Below the pieces are notes generated by a model, which was given only the letters and a program-made list of their open reading frames with translations, was not told the origin of the DNA and did not search any database. The translations under genes were made by a program, and so were the position numbers. 64,000 nucleotides of DNA from Chloroflexota bacterium. GTDB lineage: Bacteria > Chloroflexota > UBA11872 > VXOZ01. The DNA lies in NCBI GenBank assembly GCA_964291655.2, contig OZ219802.1:2080001-2144000 (forward strand). The letters run 5' to 3'. Positions 50,099 through 60,301 of this stretch are shown piece by piece (positions within the stretch are counted from its first letter, which is position 1; each line of letters opens with the position of its first letter).

Positions 50099-50152
50099 TG
50101 TGCTGTCCTCATTCAGCCAAATACTGGGGAATTGGAGGTTTGCTTGCCTTCG

Positions 50153-50181
50153 ATGGTAGAACTGACAATGCCTACTGTCAA
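50153..50181 (-). promoter_or_regulatory. sigma70-type promoter with TGACA-N8-TGTCA inverted repeat
   Basis: TTGACA-17-TACCAT on the minus strand, 55 bp upstream of the PhyH start. Confidence 0.65.
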
Positions 50182-50281
50182 GCTGGAATCTCGGTGCCGA
50201 CTTTGCAACGGCGTGAACATAGTGAGTTGTGCTGATGGAGCGGATTCACCAGCACATTTGGTGGCCTAAGTTCGAGTCTAG

Positions 50282-51340
50282 CTACAGCCAACGGTCGAAC
50301 CAATCGAACGCCTTGGCGCCGCTGAAAGCATGGCCGCCGGGATGCAGGTCCAAGTCCAGTCTATCGGTAACGCCGGCTGCGGCGAAGATGCGTTCCACGT
50401 CAGCATAACAGCGCAGGGCGTCATCCTTCACAAAGCAGTCGTCCAGTTCGCCGACTTCGACGAGGCACGGGCGCGGCGCAATCAGACCGGCCACGGACGC
50501 AATGTCGCCAAAGGTCAGCAGGCCGCGGGCGAATTGCGAGCCGCAGGTGTTGCCCCGACCGCGATGGCCGATGGCGTCCTCTAACGTGCTGAGGTAGCAT
50601 ACGATGTCGGCGCAGCGAACGCGTTCGTCCAGGGCCGAAAGGTACGTCGTCATCGTGCCACCGAAGGAGAGGCCGATCATGCCGATGCGATCGGGGTCTA
50701 CATTTGGCAGACCCTGAAGCAGGTCGATACCGCGCATGCCGTCCCAGATGTCGAGCGCGAGTAACTGGAACCCCAGGTAGCCGTAGCCCAGATAGAGCGC
50801 GTTGCAGCCATCCCGGGAGCTGCGCCGCCACTCCTCCGGACCCTTTCGCTCGCCGAAGCCGCGCCAGTCGGGGGCCAGGCAGACGTAGCCGCGCTCGGCA
50901 AGCTGCTGGGCGTAGTTGACGCCGGACTGCCGTTCCTTCTGTTGCGCATAGTTGGGATCGTCCGGTGGAGGCAAGATTCCTGCGGGGTCATCCTTGCCAC
51001 GTCCGTGACCGTGGGCGCAGAGTATGGCCGGCCGCCGTTCGCCATCCTTGATGTCCTTGGGCGTGAAGAGCCAGGCGGGCACGGTGGCAAAGGCCTCGCT
51101 GTCGTAAAGGACTTTCTCCCGCACGTAGCTGCCCTCGTCGTGGCGCTCGACCACCTCGACATTGAGCGGCACGGCATCGGGATACGGGCCGATCATCTCG
51201 CGCACCTGGATCAACGTACGCTCATGCCATGCGCGCCACTCCGCCGCAGTAGACGGCAGCGCCAGGGGCGCCGCGGTCGCTTTGGCGCGGGCAATCAGCC
51301 CTTCTACGGGGTCAATGTACGGTCGCGAACTGACACTCAT
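50282..51340 (-). CDS. alpha/beta hydrolase (dienelactone hydrolase/Abhydrolase_7-like)
   Basis: HGHG, DWRGFGER, GLSFGG, D, GGH; start trimmed to ATG 51340. Confidence 0.88.
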   Translation of the reverse strand: MSVSSRPYIDPVEGLIARAKATAAPLALPSTAAEWRAWHERTLIQVREMIGPYPDAVPLNVEVVERHDEGSYVREKVLYDSEAFATVPAWLFTPKDIKDGERRPAILCAHGHGRGKDDPAGILPPPDDPNYAQQKERQSGVNYAQQLAERGYVCLAPDWRGFGERKGPEEWRRSSRDGCNALYLGYGYLGFQLLALDIWDGMRGIDLLQGLPNVDPDRIGMIGLSFGGTMTTYLSALDERVRCADIVCYLSTLEDAIGHRGRGNTCGSQFARGLLTFGDIASVAGLIAPRPCLVEVGELDDCFVKDDALRCYADVERIFAAAGVTDRLDLDLHPGGHAFSGAKAFDWFDRWL

Positions 51341-51354
51341 GCTCTCTTCCTCCT

Positions 51355-51591
51355 GGAGACCTTTACGTAACCCTAGCGGATGTGAGAAAAGTCCCCTCTC
51401 CCTCGATGGGAGAGGGCTAGGGTGAGGGTGGTTCTCCTGAAATCCCTCTATATGCACTCCGATTCTGCGCTGCTATGCGTTGACACTGCACATCGCAAGG
51501 GACCTATGTAGCAAGAAGACCCCTCTCCCCGACCATCTCCCCAGGGAGAGGGAGTCTTTTCGTCTGCAGGCGAGGTCATTCACAGGTCTCC
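51355..51591. mobile_element. IS5-like MITE carrying an inverted REP pair
   Basis: GGAGACCT...AGGTCTCC ends; 4-bp TSD TCCT; homologous to 5392-5651. Confidence 0.78.
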
Positions 51592-51644
51592 TCCTTGGGT
51601 TAGGTAGGCCCGTCAGTCTTCTGCCATGCTACGGCAAGAGCAGT

Positions 51645-52043
51645 CTACTCTCTCCAGCCTGTCGTTTCGCCAAAGAGCGCCATAGTTTCCGCCCGTGTAA
51701 GCGCCCATAGTGAATACACGCCAATAGCCGTGCCAAAGGGAAAATTGAAGAATTGGAGCACGCTCAGGATGAGCACGAGGATCCGCGCCCAGTTCTGCCG
51801 CTGCAGCAGGCCGATGCCGCCAATCAGCCCTGGTACCGACACGAGAAACAAGAACACACCGATAAAGGTGCCGATCGCCGCCCAGATGCCCATTGCCGAC
51901 GTTCCATCGGTGGCAGCCAGCAGCAGCCCGATACCCACAAACACAAGAATCACGAGCGCGGTTACAAGGAGCCCCAGAGCGCTCAATATGATGTGCAACC
52001 ACGCCACAATCTTGACATGGGTCTCGGTGTCCTGTGGGCTCAT
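51645..52043 (-). CDS. small membrane protein
   Basis: HVKIVAWL, WARIL, FPFGTAIGVYSLWAL; 3-4 TM segments. Confidence 0.8.
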   Translation of the reverse strand: MSPQDTETHVKIVAWLHIILSALGLLVTALVILVFVGIGLLLAATDGTSAMGIWAAIGTFIGVFLFLVSVPGLIGGIGLLQRQNWARILVLILSVLQFFNFPFGTAIGVYSLWALTRAETMALFGETTGWRE

Positions 52044-52332
52044 GGGAGCAACCTTTCGTGTTTACAATGATAACGCGGTGTATGTTTAAGTTTCGTCAAT
52101 CTTGTGAAAACAAAACGCCGAGTTCCGTTACTTTCATGAAAATAGCGCGAGAGACTCCGTAATTACCGCGAAAGCAAGAATCCATCTACTCTCTTGGCAC
52201 GTGCGTGTCGCCCTAGGCGGAGGGCAGGCCCCCTTCTTCGGTACTGCCGCTTTCTCTTCAAGAGGTGGGGGACAACCCTCAATGTTGTCGCAATTGCGTA
52301 TGATGGCGACGAATACCGCGCCTTACATCCCC

Positions 52333-52428
52333 GGTAGCGCAGGCCCTTCGACAGAGCCTGCACTGAGCCTGCCGAAGTGCTCAGGACACGTTTGCAACCC
52401 CGTATCGAGTACGGGGCAGGCTCTGCGC
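52333..52428. repeat. GTAG-REP host carrying three short inserts
   Basis: Removing the inserts gives GGTAGCGCAGGTTTGCAACCTGCGC; sister composite at 10408-10527. Confidence 0.8.
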
Positions 52429-52561
52429 CGCTGCAAGGTTAATTCTTTTCGTGTCCGTTTCTCTTTGCTCTGGAGGGGGACACGCCCCCGCGCTACAGCC
52501 TACCCATCGGGCGTGATCTTATGCTCTTTCAAGGCGCGCGCAAACTGCGCAATACCGGCAC

Positions 52562-53557
52562 TCAAGCCAGTGATTGGCGCACACGGTGGGTGGCTTCCAC
52601 TACGTTCTCCAGCTTAGCTACGGCAGACCCGTAAGGAACTGCCTGCAGGCCGCAATCGGGATTGATCCAGAGCTGTTCCGGCGCAAAGTATTCCAGCGCC
52701 AGGCGGATGCGCGCTTCGATCTCTTCCACCGATTCTACACGCGGGTCTTGCGCGTCCACAACTCCATAGCCCATGCCGCGGTCCGCGGGAAACGGATGCT
52801 CGCGCAGGATGTCGAGCATTTCGGGCGCTACGTGCGCCAGCTCCAGGCAGAAGACATGTGCGGGCAGCTCCAGCATCTTGGGATAGACCTCGTGGAACGC
52901 GCCGTAGCACATGTGCGTGAAGACGGTAACATGCTCAGGCAATCCAACGCAGATGCGGCGCATGGCTTCAATGGCTACGTCGAGCTCGGCCGGTTGATCG
53001 TAGCGCGTGACGAATGCCGGTTCGTCGATCTGCAGGTAGCGGACACCTGCCGCCACCAGCCCTTGCACCTCTTCCCGGACGTACTCCGCCAAGCCAAGCA
53101 CCGCAGCGCGTCGGTCGGGGTAATAAAGATCGAATACCCAGTCCCGCAGGGTATAGGAACCAGTAACGGTAACTTTTAGATCGCGCTTGGCGCGCGCCGC
53201 GGCGAATTGGTACCAATCGAGAAGCAACGAGCGCGGCGCGGTTGCCTCACGCCTAATGACCGCCCGCTGGCCGTACATATTGTCCAGTACCCACACGGGA
53301 TCGGGATCGATGTCGGCACAGCCCCAGCCTTCCAAGAAGTAGGTCGTCATGGAGCGGCGGTACTGTTCGCCATCCACGAGCACGTCGATGCCCAGGGACT
53401 CTTGAGTGCGGATCCAATCTGCTACTGCCGCTTCCTGGGCCTGACGCATCCAGGCGCGGTCTTGCTGCTCCAGCGGCGCCATCTCCGCCTGAAACAATTC
53501 AGGTGGCTTGGGCAAGCTGCCGATGCTGGAAATCGGTAGGAGTGGAAGCTGGCTCAT
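52562..53557 (-). CDS. metE: cobalamin-independent methionine synthase, catalytic half
   Basis: IGSLPKP, DGEQYR, QIDEP, THMCYG, E, NPDCGL zinc ligands. Confidence 0.85.
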   Translation of the reverse strand: MSQLPLLPISSIGSLPKPPELFQAEMAPLEQQDRAWMRQAQEAAVADWIRTQESLGIDVLVDGEQYRRSMTTYFLEGWGCADIDPDPVWVLDNMYGQRAVIRREATAPRSLLLDWYQFAAARAKRDLKVTVTGSYTLRDWVFDLYYPDRRAAVLGLAEYVREEVQGLVAAGVRYLQIDEPAFVTRYDQPAELDVAIEAMRRICVGLPEHVTVFTHMCYGAFHEVYPKMLELPAHVFCLELAHVAPEMLDILREHPFPADRGMGYGVVDAQDPRVESVEEIEARIRLALEYFAPEQLWINPDCGLQAVPYGSAVAKLENVVEATHRVRQSLA

Positions 53558-53559
53558 CG

Positions 53560-54570
53560 TTATGCCCCCTTGCCGTCGAACGCATGCGCTACCTGCGCCA
53601 GCATGGCTAGCTTTTCGAATGCGGCGTGGCGCGGCAGGTACAGCAGCGCGGTACTTGGCGCTGCCCAGCAGTTCGCCGCAGGCACGGCAGACGTAATTGC
53701 GGCCAAAGTTTCGCGCAATTCGTCCTCGCTTTCCACACGGATACTGCGGGCGTCGGCGACACCGGCCTGGAGAACGGCGTTTCCGCTCCAAGACTTGAGA
53801 GCCGCCAGGTTCGGCGCGCGGTAGGCGTCCGTGAAGTCCAAGCCCAGCCCGCCCAGGCCGGGGATGGCGAGAAACGGCTGCAGCAGATCGCCAATCTCGC
53901 CGCACGCCAGATGGACGATTACGATCGCTTCCGGCGCCGCTTGCGTAATCCGTTCGATGGCTTGTGCTACCAGCGGAAAGTCGGCGCGATGCTTGGGACG
54001 CAAGACCACTGATTCCTCGATCTGAATATACCGCGCCCCGGCAGCAGCCAGAGCGGCCACGTCCGCCGCCCACATGTCCACGAGCGCCGCAAAGGCTGCC
54101 GGCGTGTCGCCCTGACCCTGCCGGTCCGCGTACGCCCAGATGGTGTAGGGCCCGAAGAGCGCGGGCTTAATGGGCTCCTTGGTAAGCGAGGCGGCGTGGC
54201 GGTAAGCGCTTGCCAGGGGGCTTTTGCCATTGCGTGTCGGCGCCCTATCCAGGACCCAATGGTGGTAGTACGTATTGGTATCCAGGTAGCGTAGCGGGGC
54301 GGCGACTTCCAGGTCCGGCACCACCCGTGCCATCTGAAACCACTCGTCGTATACCGGCACGAAGCCCGGATCGAGGATGTCCACGCCGGCGTCTGCTTGT
54401 GCCGCCAGCAACTCCGCTTGGGTCTCCGTCTGGACAGTGCGCAACTCCCGGTCTTGCCACGCGCTCTCAGGTGTGGGCGTCACTCGCGCCCGCCACTCCT
54501 CCACGGCGGCGCGCAAGGGGTGCTGGCCGTCGCTGACTATAGGAAACCTTCCGGAGGTCGAAACGAGCAT
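53560..54570 (-). CDS. MetE N-terminal-like half (split MetE)
   Basis: RYLDTNTYYH (cf. WFDTNYHY), GPYT, QIEE, PSTALLYLP; 2 bp from the catalytic half. Confidence 0.8.
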   Translation of the reverse strand: MLVSTSGRFPIVSDGQHPLRAAVEEWRARVTPTPESAWQDRELRTVQTETQAELLAAQADAGVDILDPGFVPVYDEWFQMARVVPDLEVAAPLRYLDTNTYYHHWVLDRAPTRNGKSPLASAYRHAASLTKEPIKPALFGPYTIWAYADRQGQGDTPAAFAALVDMWAADVAALAAAGARYIQIEESVVLRPKHRADFPLVAQAIERITQAAPEAIVIVHLACGEIGDLLQPFLAIPGLGGLGLDFTDAYRAPNLAALKSWSGNAVLQAGVADARSIRVESEDELRETLAAITSAVPAANCWAAPSTALLYLPRHAAFEKLAMLAQVAHAFDGKGA

Positions 54571-54667
54571 GTGTTCTAATCCCTGGTGCTAGGCAAGGTC
54601 AATTCACGCAGGGGCACGATATATCGTGCCCCTACCGCTGCATCAAACGAATATTGGCGAATAGCTT

Positions 54668-56062
54668 CTAGCCCTCCGCCATCAGCGCGTTGGCGCGGTC
54701 TGCGGCTTCGGTGAATGCCTCCGCCACCGTAATCTTGTCCTCCACGATGGCCGTCTGCCATGCTTCCGCGAGGAGGCCTAACACGTCGGCATCTTTGCGG
54801 AAGAGGCCGCCGTTGGGCCACGCGTACTTGCCGCGCACGGGATGCGCGAACGCATCCAGATTCTTATCCGCCAAGGCCGGGAAGTTCTCGCTCATGATGC
54901 TGATGTAACGGTCTTGCATCGAGGCGCGCGGATGCTGGATGCTGGCAATCTGGCACTGTAGGTCAAGGTACGTATCGGTCTGCAGGAATTTCATGAAGTC
55001 CCAAGCGGTATCCGGGTCTTTCGTGCCTTCCCAGACCACCCACGCGTCAATGGAGCCCTGGGTGGCGCGGGCCACCGGACCCTGCGGCAGTGGGGCCACG
55101 TCCCAGTCCGCGACGTTATCGGGGAAGTCAATCGAGTACTGCCCCGGCCCCCACGAACCTTCCTCCCAGGTTGCCAGCGTGCCCTGCATGAGGGCCTGAA
55201 CTTTGCTGCGGTCCAGCGCCGCCCACTCCTCGCCGTGCACCATGCTCCGGTCCTGGTGGAAGCGGGCGTGGACCCACTCCATGGCTTCAATTGCCTGAGG
55301 ACTATCGAAGGTGGCGTGGCGGTCGTTATCAGGATCGACCACGGTGCCGCCGTTTTGAATGATCTTCCAAATGCCGCGGCCCCAGCCCGCGTCCACGCCG
55401 CCAAAGACGGTGTTGGGGCGGTCGGTAAGCCTGAGCATCGCATCCTGGTATTCGTCCCAGCCCCAGGTGTCGTCGGGTAACGTCATGCCCTTCTTATCGA
55501 AGACCTGCTTGTTGTACCAGAGGACGTAGACGTTGATGTACATGGGCAAACCGTACTGACCCGTTTCCGGCCAGTGCATAGCACCAAGCTGGAAGGGGAT
55601 GTAGTCATCCATGGGAAAGCTGTCGCGCTTAATGTAGGGATCCATGTTGAGCAGCAACCCGTCCCGACCCGCCTTGACGAGATTCGTGCCCCACATCATC
55701 GCTATGTCGGTCCCGGACCCGGCCACCCAGGCCGTGATGTAGACTGACGGACTGTCCTTTACACCGAGGACTTCCAGGGTGACGTTGGGGTTGTCCGCCG
55801 AGTATGCATCCGCGCCGGCCTGCGCCGCTTCCACCCAGGTGGAGTCGCCCCAAAGCGACCAACTGAGCGTGACCGGCTCAGCCTGGGGTTCGGCTTTGGG
55901 AGCCTCTGCTTCTTGCTCTTCGGCAGCAGGCGCCTCATCCGTTGTCGCCGCGGGCATGGTCGCTTGGCCGCAGGCGGCCAGGGCGATGGCGCCGAGAGTC
56001 CCACCGCCGAGCCAAAGCACTGAGCGTCGTGTCAAACGGGTCTTGCGATCATCAGTTTCCAC
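54668..56062 (-). CDS. extracellular solute-binding lipoprotein (Tat signal)
   Basis: TRRSVL, LAAC, YNKQVFD; GTG 56062 after GGGAGG. Confidence 0.9.
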   Translation of the reverse strand: METDDRKTRLTRRSVLWLGGGTLGAIALAACGQATMPAATTDEAPAAEEQEAEAPKAEPQAEPVTLSWSLWGDSTWVEAAQAGADAYSADNPNVTLEVLGVKDSPSVYITAWVAGSGTDIAMMWGTNLVKAGRDGLLLNMDPYIKRDSFPMDDYIPFQLGAMHWPETGQYGLPMYINVYVLWYNKQVFDKKGMTLPDDTWGWDEYQDAMLRLTDRPNTVFGGVDAGWGRGIWKIIQNGGTVVDPDNDRHATFDSPQAIEAMEWVHARFHQDRSMVHGEEWAALDRSKVQALMQGTLATWEEGSWGPGQYSIDFPDNVADWDVAPLPQGPVARATQGSIDAWVVWEGTKDPDTAWDFMKFLQTDTYLDLQCQIASIQHPRASMQDRYISIMSENFPALADKNLDAFAHPVRGKYAWPNGGLFRKDADVLGLLAEAWQTAIVEDKITVAEAFTEAADRANALMAEG

Positions 56063-56702
56063 TTGCCTTACCTCCCGACTTGCCTTCACGGCAAGTCACA
56101 CCTTAACCATAGCGGTTGTCGATTACCTGGTGAGTAAAGCGGTCTCAATTGGATCCCCCGTTGAAGCTGTCTAACCGGTTGTCGCCCTCCCTTCGTTCGC
56201 CCAAATGAATTGAGGGATTCCGTAGTCTGTATTATGCCGGGAGTGAAAGGTTGATGCAATACATTTGGGGAAGTCAAGCCCGTTGGATTGGGGCAAATGG
56301 GCTACACTTGTGAGCCACGCAAGGGGATGGGTAAGCGCACGAACGCTTTTTCCGCCTAGGATGGGCATTCGGATGCAAGAAGAGATGGTCTCCCGCCCCT
56401 AATCACGTGCCGGGAAGGTATCGCGGAGGAGTGACGGATGTCGTCCGCTTTCCATAGTGGCGCGGAAATGGCGACATTAGTCCGGATTACATCGTGGCGC
56501 GGAATTGACGGACTTTGTCCGCTTCACATTGTGGCATGGGATTGACGGTTGCTTTTCGCGTCCGCTGTAGCGCGGGGGCTTGTCCCCCGCTCTTCGCGCA
56601 CAGGACAGGCATAAGCATGAGGGAAGTATTCGCTCATTGCGCAACTGAGCGCGATGCAGTCGTTTCCGACGCACCAACCTCTGACCAGAGCAGTGGGCCT
56701 CC

Positions 56703-57710
56703 CTAACTCAGCAATCCCAACTCACGCTGCGTTTCCTCAATCCGCGCCAGCGCCGCCGCCGGCAGGGGGCCAAGATCGGAAATCGCCGCGTTCTGCTCGA
56801 GCTCAGCGGGATTCATGGCGCCGGGTATCACCGATGACACGCCGGAAAAGCTGAGGATGTAACGCAGGGCGGCTTCGCTCAGACTTCCCGCTATCCCATC
56901 TTCGACCAGCCACATGAAGGACTCCGCCTCCCGTAGACGCGCGGCGAGCTGGTCCCGGGTCATCAAGCTGCGGTGGTCGTCCGGCGCGAACGTATGGTCC
57001 GCCGTGAATGAGCCCGAGAGGAATCCGGAGGCGAGCGGTGACCGGATGACGATGCCGACGCCGCGCTCTTCGGCCAATGGCAAGAGCCGCTCGGTGGGTG
57101 CAGGTTCCAGCAGGCTGAAACCGATCTGTATGATCTCCGCGCGGCCGTCTTCTTCGATGAGCCGAATAGCCTCAGCCGTGGTCGTGGCGGATACGCCGAT
57201 GTGGCCGACGTGCCTTTCTGCACGCAGGTCGACAAGCAGTCCCAGCGGGTCTTCCGCCATTTCGTCTGCGACCGGACTATGCAGGAGCACACCTTCAATG
57301 AGGACCGTCTGCAGACGATCCTTGCTGCGCTGGACACTGGCGCGCAAGGCATCTCGGGTGAAGTCGCGGGCGAGAACCGGCGGCCCACCGTCAGCGGCCG
57401 GCAGAACGTGCTCGCCGCCTTTGGTCTCCACAAAGACCTCAATGTCCTGCAGATGTTGAGGCCGTTGGCGCAACGCCTCGGCAATGTAGACTTCAGCTTC
57501 CGAGTACACCGGCGCGGTGTCGATGAAGTTGAGGCCCAGCGACAGTCCATGATGGATGGTCTCCACCGCCGTCTCAAGGGTTACGGTGCCGTACGTGGCC
57601 GGACCCGACCAGTAGCTGCCGCTCGTAATGAGCGCACCCCCCAGCGGGTACGTGCCTAACCCGACTTCCGACACCTGGTGTCCCGTGTTTCCCAACGGAC
57701 GATAGCGCAT
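56703..57710 (-). CDS. aldo/keto reductase
   Basis: LGNTG..VSEVGLG, IDTAPVY, TK, PLASG, VIPG. Confidence 0.92.
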   Translation of the reverse strand: MRYRPLGNTGHQVSEVGLGTYPLGGALITSGSYWSGPATYGTVTLETAVETIHHGLSLGLNFIDTAPVYSEAEVYIAEALRQRPQHLQDIEVFVETKGGEHVLPAADGGPPVLARDFTRDALRASVQRSKDRLQTVLIEGVLLHSPVADEMAEDPLGLLVDLRAERHVGHIGVSATTTAEAIRLIEEDGRAEIIQIGFSLLEPAPTERLLPLAEERGVGIVIRSPLASGFLSGSFTADHTFAPDDHRSLMTRDQLAARLREAESFMWLVEDGIAGSLSEAALRYILSFSGVSSVIPGAMNPAELEQNAAISDLGPLPAAALARIEETQRELGLLS

Positions 57711-57789
57711 ATTTCCCCCTTCTCACTCTTCCATGTGGCCGGATATCATCGATCAAATGTGTCACAATTGGACAGGAGCGGCTTTGTAT

Positions 57790-58050
57790 GTCATTCCGAG
57801 CGCAGCGTCGAACACTGTTCGCGGAATCTAGGATCAATGTCGAACATAGTCATACAGCTCAGTACACTAGATTCCTCACTCCGCTCGGAATGACATGATC
57901 TGTCAACACTGCTAATTGGGGAGAGAATTCTGTCAACGAATTACTCAACTCTTACAGGAATGACATGCGTGCAGGCAAGCACAGAGCCCTGCTACTAAGT
58001 TTCTTCTGCCAAATCTGCCTGCGAATTACCTGACCTTTACAAGAATGACA
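57790..58050. repeat. second copy of the REP-pair plus TGTCAACGAATTAC end module
   Basis: Colinear with 31750-32092 at both ends; interiors differ. Confidence 0.8.
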
Positions 58051-58136
58051 CTTGAGACTGTCTCTGCGGCTTCCCACCTTCATACCGGGCCAATCAGCAA
58101 CAGTCTTATCACCAGCAAGCGACCGGCTATGCCTGA

Positions 58137-59303
58137 TCACCCACCCAGCGACTCCCAATCTTTCAAAGGAAAGTCGATGCGCCGGCCCTCCTGCGCGGCG
58201 AGATACGCGCCCTCTACCACTTCCAGCGCCCGGGCGCCGTCGATACCGTTGGACTCCGGTTCGCGGTCCTCGCGAATAGCGGTTAGGAGTTCCTTCTCCT
58301 GGGCGGTGAAGCCTCCCGCAAAGGGCACGTGCAGCACGAGCTTTTCATTGGCCATTTCCGGATTGTTGCGGTGCGGCAGCTCGAAGGTGCAATCGGCAAA
58401 TGCCTGGGCAACCTGGGCATCGTCAAACGTTAGCCACGGGAGCTTGTTACTGAAGAGCGTGATCGTCGCATCGGAACCGTGTCCAATGCCGCCGTGAAGT
58501 TTCACGTAGCCCTCGCTGCCGGTCACGAAGATCTCGCGGTGCTGGGGCCCCTGCAGGCACCACACCATTTCAAATACGCCGATAGCGCCGCTATTGAAGC
58601 GGAAGAGCACGTGGGACGTCGTCTCGATCTCCGCCGTTTCCCACAGGAAGTTGTCGAACTCCGCCCCCGCGACGTGCTTCACGCCGCTGCCTTCCCAGAA
58701 GAGGAGGGTATCGATGTAGTAACAGCCGTCGCGGTGGAGCGCGCCGCCGCCGGCCGTGGCCTTGCCGAGTTTCCAGCCCATGTTGGAGCGCGACCCCTGG
58801 GTGATCACGTCCTTGTGCAGCATGTGGCGTTCCAGCACGTGGTAGACGTCGCCAATGAGCCCGGCGTCGAGGATGCGCTTGACCGCGCGGGCAGGAGGCT
58901 CGAAACGGTCGCGGTCGGCGGTCATGAGCTTCACACCGGCCTCGCGGCAGGCGCGGATCGCTTCCACTGCCTCGTCCATGTCGAGCACGAGAGGCTTTTC
59001 GCAGAGGATGTGCACACCGGCTTCCGCTGCCGCCAGAATAGCGGGCAAGTGGAGGTGATGGGGCAGGCAGATGTCCACGGCCTGCACCTCCGGCCGCCTG
59101 ACCACCTCCGCAAAGTCGGAAGCCGCAGCCCTGGCGCCGTACTGCTGCACCCTGGCTTCGGCGCGTTCCAGGTCGTTGTCGCAAGCCACCTCCAGCCGTG
59201 CCTCTCCGGCCTTTTCCAGGCGCTGCCAACCGTCGAAATGAGGATGGGAAATGCCGCCGCACCCCAGGACCGCTACCCCTATCGGACCGCTCGTTGTTGC
59301 CAT
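58137..59303 (-). CDS. Gfo/Idh/MocA oxidoreductase
   Basis: LGCGGI, CEKP, GGGAL; GGAGG SD. Confidence 0.9.
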   Translation of the reverse strand: MATTSGPIGVAVLGCGGISHPHFDGWQRLEKAGEARLEVACDNDLERAEARVQQYGARAAASDFAEVVRRPEVQAVDICLPHHLHLPAILAAAEAGVHILCEKPLVLDMDEAVEAIRACREAGVKLMTADRDRFEPPARAVKRILDAGLIGDVYHVLERHMLHKDVITQGSRSNMGWKLGKATAGGGALHRDGCYYIDTLLFWEGSGVKHVAGAEFDNFLWETAEIETTSHVLFRFNSGAIGVFEMVWCLQGPQHREIFVTGSEGYVKLHGGIGHGSDATITLFSNKLPWLTFDDAQVAQAFADCTFELPHRNNPEMANEKLVLHVPFAGGFTAQEKELLTAIREDREPESNGIDGARALEVVEGAYLAAQEGRRIDFPLKDWESLGG

Positions 59304-59662
59304 GGTTGCTCACTTCCTCCATTTGAACGTACTGCCACCCCTTACAGGCCTATTGTATGGTACGCCATTGACGGTAATGTCAGCTATGCGATGCAGTACC
59401 CCTCCCCGCGCAGGGCAACGGTACGCCTATGGCAAGCGAAGAAGCTGCTGCACTGCGATTGGCAAACTTGCCGTCCTTCTTCACGCAATCCAGGCTGCTG
59501 AACAAAATACTCCTCCCCAGTATGAAGCCGAGTATTGTACAATGTCAGCCAGCGAATGAGAGAGGTGTTTTGGGTCGACAGCAGGCGAGAGGGTCGGCGC
59601 CGTTTCGCGAACGGCAACGGCGGCCCGGGTCGTCGCTTCGACGAGCACAGGACAGAACCTTC

Positions 59663-60172
59663 ATGAGTGTACGCAGGTCGGCGAGAAAGAGCCAGGGCAC
59701 ACCCGGGCGGTGGCTCGTACTGATTGCGGCCGCTGTGGTGACGGCGACTGTCGTGCTGGCGGCCGTATGGTTATTCGTTGGGGGCGCGGGCGAACCCAGC
59801 CGGGCCGACGCCACCAATCGGCAATTGGTACGCAACGGTGAGGTCCTGTATCAATTGCACTGCGCCAGTTGCCACGGTGCGGACCTGGAAGGACAACCGA
59901 ACTGGCGCGAGCGGGACGAGGACGGTCTGCTGCCGGCGCCACCCCACGACATGACTGGACACACGTGGCACCACAGCGACGCGCTGCTCTTCGACGTCAC
60001 GAAATACGGTTCAACCGCTGTCGTCGGCAGCGACTATATGAGCAACATGCCCGGCTTTGAAGACAAGATGAGCGACGGCGAGATTTGGGCGGTGCTCGCC
60101 TACATTAAGAGCACCTGGCCGCCGGACATCCAGGAGATACAGTCAGATCTGGAAGACACGCGGCAGCAGTAG
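59663..60172 (+). CDS. membrane-anchored monoheme cytochrome c
   Basis: TM segment, CASCH, GHTWHH, MPGF. Confidence 0.9.
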   Translation: MSVRRSARKSQGTPGRWLVLIAAAVVTATVVLAAVWLFVGGAGEPSRADATNRQLVRNGEVLYQLHCASCHGADLEGQPNWRERDEDGLLPAPPHDMTGHTWHHSDALLFDVTKYGSTAVVGSDYMSNMPGFEDKMSDGEIWAVLAYIKSTWPPDIQEIQSDLEDTRQQ

Positions 60173-60301
60173 GTGTCGTTTTGCCCGCCTGTCGGAGAGG
60201 CGCTCGTATCGTTGTAGGGGCACGACATGTCGTGCTCCTACGCGCGCGCATCGCCGATGGATAGCAGCCAGTGCAAGAACTCGACAGTGTAATACCGCAG
60301 C

